The translations under genes were made by a program, and so were the position numbers. DNA of 64,000 nt, taken from Camelus dromedarius. Taxonomy: Eukaryota. The notes beneath the pieces are model-generated. The model ran no database searches and had not been told where the DNA came from. It saw only the letters and a program-made list of their open reading frames with translations. Location of the stretch: contig NC_087437.1 in assembly GCF_036321535.1 (NCBI RefSeq), positions 105,154,001-105,218,000 of the forward strand. Reading direction: 5' to 3'. Positions 1 through 10,810 of this stretch are shown here, piece after piece (positions within the stretch are counted from its first letter, which is position 1; every line of letters begins with the position of its first letter).

Positions 1-1091
1 TTTATTGTTTTCCACCTTAAATTTCCCAAAGAAAGTAAGTGGATATAAATATTACTTCATTCTTTTTTTTACATATGCACAATGTTTAAAAAAAGAACAA
101 TTAATCCTTGCAGTTAACAGCATTAGTCTCAGTCATTTGGAGCAATGTAAGCAATCTCTGCACATAAGCATAAGTAGCATGAAGTGCTATGTGCATATAT
201 TGCAAACCCTCAACTATCCTGGCATAGCATATTCCCTGTATGGATTATCTGCGTAACTTTTAAATTGTATGTTGATATCTCTGATTGTGTTGGAATGATG
301 TTACATACCCACTGATTCCAGGTCAGCAACTTTGGCTGGTCTTTCTGAAAAAGAGGCCAGGTTGTTAGCCTGCCTGAAATCCCTGGATTTAAGCCTTGGT
401 TTTTTCCTTAAGCCCTGTAGCTTCTAATCAGTCTGCTCTCTCTGACAATCAGCCTTTCCCCAGTTGATCTCCTTCACTCTCACACTGTGTGTTACAAGCC
501 GAGGCTTTGACATGGTGTTATACTCTTAAAAATAAAGTTTAGGTTTCTAACAAAGTAGAGGATAAAACTAAGAAATCTAAGAAGGAATTTTGCCAAATGG
601 AAATTTATCCTTCCTGCTGATTTTAAGCATCTGTCTTGAATTAAATAAGGTATAGATGTTATTAAAATTGCATCTAGATTTTAGACCTTATATTATTGCC
701 ATTAACATTTATATAGCATTGAATATTTTAGCTGTTTTGGATTCTGCACCCTACAGAAAACAACTTTACAGCCTCTTCAGCAGATTTTTATTTTGCAGAA
801 AAAAAATAATAGTAACAATACATGCTAAGTAAATGTCACAAATGGAAATACTGGAAAACAAGAATAACAAAAGGAAAAATTAAATTGAATTCCTTAAACA
901 AATCTGTATAGTGTAGAATATTGTACTTCATGAATCTATTTTATAAAATACTTTGAAATACTTTCTAATCAGAGATTATTTTAGAATTTATTTAGAATTA
1001 TTTGAGTTATCTATTTAGAATTAATTTTAGAAAAAATAATTATTTTAGAATGTTGAATATATTAAATATATTACCCTTTTTTGTTCAAGCA

Positions 1092-1221
1092 AAACAGTGC
1101 CTCCATACATGTGATTAAACTTAGTCTGTAATATGATTATATATAATATAATGATAATATATATTTATATATATAATCAAACTAAAGACCAAGTTTAATT
1201 ATATAAACAGGGGTACTGTTT
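1092..1221. repeat. Imperfect palindrome (~55-bp arms around a TA-rich centre), probably a decayed MITE/DNA-transposon remnant
   Basis: aaacagtgcctccatacatgtgattaaacttagtct at the left end pairs with the reverse complement of agaccaagtttaattatataaacaggggtactgttt at the right end; termini CAGT...ACTG. Confidence 0.5.
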
Positions 1222-1544
1222 ATGTAATATTATGTAGCCTTATAAATATATAATAATATTTATTATAAATATATAATATATATTATATATTATAGTTTCT
1301 GATTATAGCTTCTACCTGTAATACTCTAAAATGAATTGATTCTTTAAAGTTGATTGTTTAATTAAAATCAGATTATTTCCTATAGCTTATTCAACAAAGA
1401 TCTGTGGCATTACCACTAGAAAAGTTTTATACTGCTTTGCTTAGAAGACGTAAAGGACATAGGAAATAACAGAATTGAGGTGACTGTAAGAGTATTTTGT
1501 GAAGATGGAACATTTTGAAACCTAGGTTTGTCTACTGAAATACA

Positions 1545-1860
1545 CCGAAAGTCTACTATCCAAAACTGTCTCCACTAGCCACATGTGACTAATAAGGATT
1601 TGAAATGTGGTTTAGTCCAAATTGAGAGGTACTATAAGTATAAAATACACACCAGATTTCAAAGACTTTGTATTAAAAAAAAAGACTGTGAAGTGTCTCA
1701 ATGTTTTTTATATTGATTACATTTAGAAGTCACTATATTTTTGGTATGTTTATTATTAAAATTAATTTCCTCTGTTTCTTCTAAGCTTTTTATCAGAAAA
1801 TCACAAAAGACATAAGTGACCCACAGTTAAGTCTCACATCATTTTGTAGTAGTGCACAGC
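1545..1860. mobile_element. MER33-like hAT-Charlie DNA transposon
   Basis: Recognisable motifs ccactagccacatgtgact, tataaaatacacaccagatttcaaagact, attattaaaattaatttc; boundaries approximate. Confidence 0.7.
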
Positions 1861-1916
1861 TCTCCATATTGAAGAAGAGCAACATGATGGTTGTGAAGAT
1901 TTTCCTACTGACTTCC

Positions 1917-2760
1917 TTTTTTTGTTTTTTTTTAAACTTTTTTTTATTGATTTATAAACATTTTTCAATGTTGTGTCAAATTCCAGTGTAGAGCACAATT
2001 TTTCAGTTATACATAAACATATATATATTCATTGTCACATTTTTTTTTTTTGCTGTGAGCTACCATAAGATCTTGTATATATTTCCCTGTGCTACATAGT
2101 ATAATCTTGTTTATCTATTTTACATTTTGAAATCCCAGTCTGTCCCTTCTCATCCCCCGCCCCCTTGGCAATCACAAGTTTGTATTCTATGTCTATAAGT
2201 CTGTTTCTGTTTTGTATTTATGTTTTGTTTTTTTTAGATTCCACACATGAGCGATCTCCCTTGGCAATCACAAGTTTGTATTCTATGTCTATAAGTCTGT
2301 TTCTGTTTTGTATTTATGTTTTGTTTTTTTTAGATTCCACATATGAGCGATCTCATATAGTATTTTTCTTCCTCTTTCTGGCTTACTTCACTTAGATTGA
2401 CATTCTCCAGAACATCCATGTTGCTGCAAATGGCGTTTTGTTGTTGGTTTTTATGGATGAACAGTATTCTGTTGTATAAATATACCACATCTTCTTTATG
2501 CAGTCATCTGTTGATAGACATTTAGGCTGTTTCCATGTCTTGGCTATTGTAAATAGTGCTGTTATGAACATTGGGGTGCAGGTGTCATTTTGGAGTAGGG
2601 TTCCTTATGGATATATGCCCAGGAGCGGGATTCCTGGGTCATGTGGTAAGTCTATTTCTAGTCTTTTGAGGAATCTCCATACTGTTTTCCACAGTGGCTG
2701 CACCAAACTCCATTCCCACCAGCAGTGTAGGAGGGTTCCCTTTTCTCCACAGCCTCTCCA
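1917..2760 (-). mobile_element. 5'-truncated young camelid-type LINE-1 (ORF2 C-terminus plus 3' UTR)
   Basis: Poly-T tail at ~1917-1945; same 3' UTR type as 42984-43238; ORF track 2498..2890 is antisense to the ORF2 C-terminus; possible TSD tcctaYtgactt at ~1903 and ~2770. Confidence 0.9.
2162..2353. repeat. 96-bp tandem duplication inside the L1 3' UTR
   Basis: 2162-2257 and 2258-2353 are identical except cacacatg/cacatatg. Confidence 0.9.
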
Positions 2761-5700
2761 GATGGCAAATCCTATTGACTTTCAATTTCCTGTACTTACC
2801 TTGGTATTTTCTTTTGACAAATCATACTTAATCCCTGTTAAATCTAGGTCAAGTAACCTGTATGCTACTATTAAAGGTAATTTCATTTAATTGGAGATTA
2901 TCATATAAACAGGTGCATTTTTGCTACATTTTTTAATGTTTCTGATATACATCTTACTAGAAGCCATTATTCTATATTCAAAGTCATATTTCCATTAAAT
3001 TCTAAAGAAAAAACCCTTTACAGTAAACAGAAAATAAATAAGGAAAAGGTGTTTTATTTTCATCCCTCATTTCTTGGAAACATAAAGATGAAAGAAAGCA
3101 TTTTACTTTCTGCCTTGAGGTTACAGATCTTGTGAGAAGTGCTCTGTTCACTTTCTTCTTTTATAAGAAATTTTCTGAAAAGTTTTATGGTTAAATTATT
3201 TTTTCACAATTATGCTGGTTTGATGTTGTTTTTCTTAATAAAATTCCTTAGGTGTTTAAGTTATCTATTTTATATATTTTTAACCAAAGATTTGTTTTGA
3301 ACAATCTAGAACCGAACTCAAACAATGAAATCAGTGTTACAGATATAAATGGACAAGAGGAAAGTAAAAAGAATAAAATAAAATCTTCCAAACATAACCA
3401 TTCTGTAAACAATCATGTCATATTGTGCTAATGTAAAATTAAAAAAATATTCTCATGCTTTATATTTGTCAGTCTCTTGCAATTTTTTAAAAAGGATTTT
3501 AAAATGTAGGTAGATACTCAATGCTTTTATTAAGTGACTTTTATCTATGTGGAAGTGGTTTTGAATGACTGTGACATCTCAGAGTCTAAGAAATAATTTC
3601 ACTCTGAACTAAGGGAAAAAAAGTATATTGTACTGAAATACTTAAGAGAAAAATTTGTTCAAGAAATGGTTTCAGTAAAGTACTTATTCATATTCTGATT
3701 AATTGGATTGTAGTGTTGAGACTTCATTCTATGTGATAATGGAAAACTGTCTATGTAACTTGCCCAATATTCTATTCCTTTAATTTGGCACGGCTATTGC
3801 TTTTAGCTGATAAATTAGACAGACACTAAGTATGAGAAAATGGAACCAATAAATTACTCTATTAAAATAGTGACTACAGGAGAATAGTAAGTAGTGCAGC
3901 CTTAAAGTTGTAACATTCCTCCTTTGAGATACTGTCCAGCAAACTGAACTTACTTGAGAATGTTGAAAAATAAACTGTTATAAAAAACAAAAATGATTTA
4001 ATGAGTGTAAGTGTATAGTTGTTACTATATAATTTATCAACATTCATTCCTATTGTATACAAGTAATTGGACCTTGACATTGACCACAGATGGGGAGGAC
4101 AGACTTACTGAACTGACTTCTTTGAGCTTCCCAGCATAAGCTCTCCATCTTTGCCTACCCTCAGCCAGCACTACACTGTACCAATCACACCAGCTACCTG
4201 CCTGTTCCAAATTCTGTCCGTATCCCATTTCCTGTTTCTTCCTTCAGATGAGATAAGCACCCATAGAATTCTGTGCACTACTCTGATATCAGACACCTAA
4301 CTGCATGTGTAATGTTGTGGGTATAGACTGTGAGGCAGAGATGTATAGAAACTACAAACTATTTTAGCACCTAGCTACTTGATTCTTACAAATCCTCTTC
4401 ATCCTTCAAAATACAGCCTAATGGACTTTCTTATTGTTCTCACTAAACCACGTGATCATGGTTGCACAAAAAGTTTTAGGGTTAAATTAACCATAAACGG
4501 TCTGCCTCTTCTTTGAACTTCTATGTTTACTACTCTTTAAGAAACATGAGTGAATACCGCTGAGTCTGAACCACATACTACAGAGGAATCATAATAACAA
4601 AGATGCCTGTTCCCACCAAGCTTCTATTCAGTGGGGAAAATAGATGATAAACAATAAAATTAATTAATTACATTAGATACAATGGTATATGTAAATTGCA
4701 GTTATCTAGCTACGATTATTAGTAAATCAAATCTCAGAATAAATTGTTTTAATAAACTAAGCAGATGGCTTTTATCATTAACACTAAACAGAGAACAGTC
4801 ACACTGAGGATCTCAGTGGACTGGAGGAAGAAAGAATAGTTATTCTTGGAGTTAAAGCAGTATAACTAGAAAGAGCTACAACAAAGAGCAAGGGGCTTTA
4901 GACAGCCATAGAGGAAGTTTGAAGAGCTAGAGAAAGGCATTTGGGCCTCCAGAGGTGTCATGAGGGTTGAAAGGAGACAGACTTTTGATGACTAACCCCT
5001 AGAAAATTCATATTCTCCCAGGTTTCACACTAACAGTAATGAGCAGCTGGATATGTTCTTGGAGGACCCTAAGACACATCCAGAAGACCTCATAATTTTT
5101 CAGTGAACCTGATAGTTTCATGTTTCTCAAGCCAAGTTCCCTGGACATTCAAAAAAATCCATATGAAAGTTCCATAGAAAAGACAGAATCTCTGTAAAAG
5201 ACAGAGGGTTAAATTGTGTTTAAATTTTGAGTTGCAAAACACAAGAAAATGATTCTATGAGAATAGGCTTTTGAGCATTTTGTGTACAGAATAACTCATG
5301 TTAGGTGGTTAAGAATTTTCAGGAAACTCCTAAAATATTTATGCAGTAATATCATGTACAGAAAAATGTGATAGCTCATTATTAAACTATTTCAAGATTT
5401 TTCCTATAAAAACTTTTCCCCTGTACTAGAAAGCTATTACTTAGCCTGGTCTTTCTAAAGAGTTGGCCATGGTAAACTAAAGTGATGTAAATGTTATACT
5501 CAAATCAACAGCTCTTACTGATTTAAATTATCAATACTGCATAGACTTTGTATTTACTATCACATCTTTTCATTTTTAAGGAAAATCAATGAGGTTTATT
5601 AATAGAACTCACATATTTTAGAAATGTTATACTTTTTTGCACTGTGCTTCTAGTTTCAATATTCTAGAATTGGATTTCAGTAATTAACAGGAGTATGACT

Positions 5701-5862
5701 ACTCATACCATAATTTATATGACTCTTTCTCAAAGGAAAAATCCAGAGGGCAACAGTGTAAGTTTTTTTTAAACACTGTAAGTTTTTTTAAGTTTTAGTA
5801 TTGCCAAAAACTTGTCAATAATTTTTAAACAAATTATGACCACAAATGACTCTAACCTGAAT

Positions 5863-5889
5863 ACACACACACACACACACACACACACA
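5863..5889. repeat. (CA)n microsatellite
   Basis: Seen directly. Confidence 0.95.
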
Positions 5890-5971
5890 GAATACTGAAG
5901 TAAAGAAAGTCTGAACACAGTGGTTTAAACACATAGGTAATTATTTTCCTCTTCTTAAAACAGAAGTTTGG

Positions 5972-6076
5972 TGGGGGGTGGGTATAACTCCATGGTAGAA
6001 TGCATACTTAGCATGTATGAGGCCCCAGGTTCCTTTCTCAGTACCTCCATTGAAAAAATAAACAAATAAAAATAAA
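5972..6076 (+). mobile_element. Camelid tRNA-derived SINE (vic-1-like)
   Basis: gggtataactccatggtagaatgcatacttagcatgtatgaggccccaggttc...cagtacctccatt followed by an A-rich tail; degenerate Pol III A and B boxes. Confidence 0.85.
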
Positions 6077-7212
6077 GCAAATTTGCATAAGCTTTTTCAC
6101 AACAAAGGAAACTATAAACAACACAAAAAGACAATGTACGGAATGGGAGAAAATATTTGCAAACAATGTGACTGGCAAGAGCTTAATTTCCAGGATATAC
6201 AAATAGCTCATTCAACTTAATAATGAAAAACCAAACAACCCAATCCAAAATGTGCAGAAGACCTAAACAAGCATTTCTCCAATGAAGACATACAAATGGC
6301 CAATAAGTGTATGAAAAAATGCTTATATAATTAATTATCAGGGAAATACAAATGAAAACTACAATGAAGTACTACCCCACATTAGTCAGAATGATCATCA
6401 TGCAAAAATCCACAAGCAATAAATGTTGGAGAGGCTGTGGGGAAAAGGGAACCCTCCTACACTGTTGGTGGGAATGCAGTTTGGTACAGCTACTGTGGAA
6501 AAGAGTATGGAGATTCCTCAAAAAACTAAAAATAGACTTACCATATGATCCAGCAATCCCACTCCTGAGCATATATCTGGAGGGAACTCTAATTCAAAAA
6601 GATACATTCACTTCAATGTTCACAGCAGCACTATTTAAAATAGCCAAAATATGGGAAGCAACCTAAATGTCCATTGACAGATGCCTGGATAAAAAAATTT
6701 TGGTGTATTTATACCATGGACTACTACTCAGCCATAAAAAAAGAACAAAACAATGCCTTTGCAGCAACATGGATGGCTATAGAGATCATCATTCTAAGTG
6801 AAGTAAGCCAGAAAGAAAAAGAAAAACACTATATCTTTAAGAAAAAAAAAAAAGACACTAATGAACTTACTTACAAAACAGAAACAAACTCACAGACTTA
6901 GAAAACTAACTTATGGTTACCAGAGGGTAAAAGGGGGTGGGAGGGGAAAAACTGGGAGTTCAAGATTTGCAGATACAAACTACTATATATAAAATAGATA
7001 AACAAGAAGTTTATATTGTATAGTACAGGAAACTGTATTCAATATCTTATAGTAACCTATAATGAACAAGACTATGAAAGGGAATATATGTATGTACATA
7101 TATGACTAAAACATTATGTTGTACGCTAGAAATTGATGCAACATTGCAAATCAACTATACATCAATAAACAAAAGAAGAAAAAAAAATCAGATTGAAAAG
7201 AAAAAAAAAATT
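6077..7212 (+). mobile_element. 5'-truncated LINE-1 (ORF2 C-terminal cysteine-rich region, 3' UTR, poly-A)
   Basis: ORF 6352..6666 [27 protein letters not shown]...[10 protein letters not shown] is the canonical ORF2 C-terminus; A-rich tail at 7165-7210. Confidence 0.95.
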
Positions 7213-7519
7213 AGAAGCTTGGAGTTGAGAAGTCCAGAGCCCAGAAGGCATTTAGCAATGCTATTAGCCATCTCACCTTGCTCTACCTTCTGCTACTTAT
7301 AGCCTGTTTTTTTCCATCATACTCATGATATAATTTTTCTAAGATGAATGACAAGCATCCATATTCAAGACATAAAGATGGTGGAAGGGATAAGAGTCAA
7401 CATTGTCTCCTTTCTGTAAAGAAAGGGAAAAATTCCAAGGAGGTATTTATATCATCTTAAAATTTATCTGCTGCAAATTCAGCATAACTAAATAGAAGAA
7501 ATATTGCAATTTGAAGGGA

Positions 7520-7670
7520 AAATTTTTGGTTATGCAAAATCTATCATCCATTGTTGCTCATTTAGCATCCCTCATTCCCATGCATTCTATCCCTGGTAGA
7601 GCCTTTCTATTCTTGTGACAACAAAAATGTCTTCAAACGTTTCAAATATTCCTTAGGTAGTATCATCCAC
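7520..7670. mobile_element. MER20-like fragment
   Basis: tttagcatccctc...tgtgacaacaaaaatgtcttcaaacgtttcaaatattcc. Confidence 0.5.
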
Positions 7671-10594
7671 ATTAATTAATTTCAACAAGACTGACAACAT
7701 TGATCAATTCTGTGACTACATATGGCTAAAAGGGGATCTCATTTTAGAACTGATCATGACACTTTTTCATATGCACAAAGTGGTTCTTAAAATTTCTTTC
7801 AGGAAAAATTGTCTAGGATTATTCAATATTTACATTCAGAAAGGAAATTTAATGCTGAAGAACATAATAGAGATAATTAGTATAATAAATCCTGTAAATC
7901 TTAAGTTCATATAAAGTTGGTCACTAAATTTTACCTTAGTACATAACAGATATAGAACAATCTCAAACAAAAGCTGAGCCTTAATTAAAATTTTGAACTA
8001 GACAATGGTTATCATAAGTGAATTTCTATCTTTTTTTCTATTTCTATTCTCTTCTCCCCACAACTCATGATTGGTAGTGCCTCAATGTTGCCTCTTATGT
8101 ACCTAATACCCGAGTCTAGTCTCCCAATCCTAGGGCTTAGTTCTTTTCCAAATTCTGCATTTTTCTTTTCTCATCTTTTGCCCACTCTCATTTCTCTCCT
8201 TCCATCTCCACCCTCTACCAACAGTTGTAAGAAATTTTTATCAAACATATCACAATAAATTCTTTTTTCTTAGTTTGTAGTAAATATTTTTGTTTTCTGA
8301 AAATGAGTCAATATGTTACCTCTCTCTAGGCTACTAGCATTTTACCAGGGCAGTGTGTATATGCAAAGAAATGAAATTCTAGTTAGACAATTTTTGCCAT
8401 TAGAAGCAAGTGTAGCATGTGCATAAAATTACTTCACTACCCTTTGGATTTTTAAGGATACCCAAAGAAAGAAAATACTTCTAGTCATTGGAGAATTGCC
8501 TGTTATTAAGCACAACAAAAATAAGAGACAGTTTTCCTCATCTTCCTAGGTCTCAGAAAGCATAGTTTTAGTCTGAACACCATTTTGCTGTGGCAATGAT
8601 TCAATAGGAATCTGTCTCTGGACTTTAGATCCAGCTCTATCTCCCATTTTACCTCAACTCCCAAGCTCCTGTGCTTTCCATTAAACACAGACATGTCTGG
8701 TTTCTACTTTTCCCACAATATATGCTGTTCTGCCCTCTGCCTGAAATCGTGAAAATGCTCTCCAGAATTCTACTTATTCTAGATTTTTTTTCTCTGTGGG
8801 CTCCTCATTTCCCTTTTTTTTTTTTTTTAATCTGGAGAAAATTTTCCAGAATGCTAGTGACTTGACACTTGAATGTCTGCAACACTTCTTTACTTCTGAC
8901 AACTTATTCCACCAACTTTGTTTTTACAGCCTGTTTTTCGGCAGGTCCAATCTGAGATGTCCCTGATCCAATTACAAGTTATAGTAATAGGGCCACCTGG
9001 TAATCTAATCAAAGGTGAAATACTTCTCTTTATATTTTCTCTGAAGAGATAATGTCTTTATATTTTCCATTTTGACGTGACATTTAGTACATATTTATGG
9101 TAGCATGTGTCAGTGTTTAAATTTGATATTCTAAAAATAATTATAAAAACAGTTCATGACCACTTGTTATCTGTTATAGGATCCCATTACATTTCATATG
9201 TTCATGCTCTGTGCTGAGTGTGTTTACACAATTTACACAATTGAACACAAAAATTTAGGGGAAAGCAAAAGATAATAAAAGCTTTTATAGTTTTTACCTG
9301 GTTGTAGTTTTTAGATTCCATCCTTAATCTTTCCCTGAGTGTATGTGTTCCTGCGATAGTAGGACTATGTGATGTATATGCCAGGAATATAAAATTAAGA
9401 TAATAAGTTACCCTTGCTGGCATTGATTCCTGACAGAACTGAGAGTAATAATTTAGACCCGGGTATCACTGAGAATTAACCAGGAACTGGCTGGCTATTT
9501 TTTAAGAGAAAAAAGGATTATGATTATTCCATAGATGATGGGCCTGGCAGTATTTTCTTCACTGTTCTCTGGACTTGGCTCACGACTCTATTCACCTACG
9601 CATTCAGAAAACAACACTTACGAGATAATCTGTAATAGTAAATTGCAGGTCTCCGTAGATATTTAGTGGAAACTGAAGTTAACAAAAGTGAATGAAATTT
9701 AACATGCACTTGGAGAACAGGAGAATCAAAGTGAGTCTAAAAATCTATATTTTATTGGAAAAATGCATGAAATTATTTTAAAAGCAGATTGTTTTGATCT
9801 ACTTTGTACTTGTACTGTGAATATAGCAACATATATTTTAATGAATAGTGTTGGACATAGTTCTTTCCCTATATTTTAATCGAAATTAAATTCTACTTAA
9901 TTCAATGATAGCTGCTGTATTATATTAGTCATGGCACATTAAGTAAGTTTTCTGAGCAAAGAAGTAAAGAAAATTGGTAGTTTAAAATCAATTAAGAGGA
10001 AAGTACCACAGGGATTAGCAATTGTGCTTGTGGCATAGTTTCTAAAGCTTAATTGACCTTCTCAAGTTACTTGTAGTATGATAGGTTGCAAAAAAAGCAA
10101 TGGTACTAAGAGGTAGAAAAACAATTTAAAATAAGTTTTTAAGATAAGTAAAATTAGGTGTAATTGTTGAGATAAGATATTTTCTAGTTATTTATGTCTA
10201 TGTATATATCTGGAAACTTACTTAATGTCATAACCCTAGGCTTTGAAATCTATTCAAGCTAGAAACAGTTCAAACATTACATATTGTTAAGTATTTAAAC
10301 ACATTTTCTCTATTATGATAGAAGGGTCTGAAGTTTCTTTCATCTTTGTATTAAGGGCAGAATGCCTAACACATAGCAAACCTTCAGTAAATATTTGTTG
10401 AATTTATAACTAAATGCATGGCTAAATAAATGAATTTGTCAATGTTACATAATTGTGTGACCTGAGTAAGAAAACAGATTAATGAATTAAATAATTAATA
10501 TGTTGAAATAAATCTCCTTACACTATGCATTTTGTTAAAGAGTGTGCAAACTCAGGAGGTAAAGTAATGAAGGAAAAATCACTATCTATTCCAA

Positions 10595-10810
10595 CCTTGG
10601 TTTTCTCAGCCTTGGTACTTTTGACATTTGGGGGCAGATAATTTTTTTTTTGCTTTAGGACAATGTACAATATATTACAGGATGTTTAGAGGCATCACTG
10701 CCTTCTAACCCCTAGACACTAATAGCATTGCTCTCCAAAAATATCAAAATATGTCCAGATATTGTCAAATATCCTCTGGGAAGTAAAATCTCCTACTTGA
10801 GAAACAGTTT
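10595..10810. mobile_element. MER20 hAT-Charlie DNA transposon
   Basis: ttctcagccttggtacttttgacatttgggggcagataatt...atgtccagatattgtcaaatatcctctggga...ttgagaaacagt. Confidence 0.8.

Larger units (their letters stand above)
5890..7400. mobile_element. Old MLT1-like MaLR LTR, split by the SINE-L1 insertion at 5972-7212
   Basis: aacacagtggtttaaacacataggtaattattttcctc...agaagtttgg continues after the insertion as agttgagaagtccagagc, an MLT1-like pattern. Confidence 0.5.

Noticed and set aside
308..524. Minus-strand exon-like segment with a GTATGT donor
   Set aside because: All frames contain stops and no recognisable protein
5972..6050. tRNA gene
   Set aside because: Degenerate boxes, A-rich tail and no cloverleaf; it is a tRNA-derived SINE
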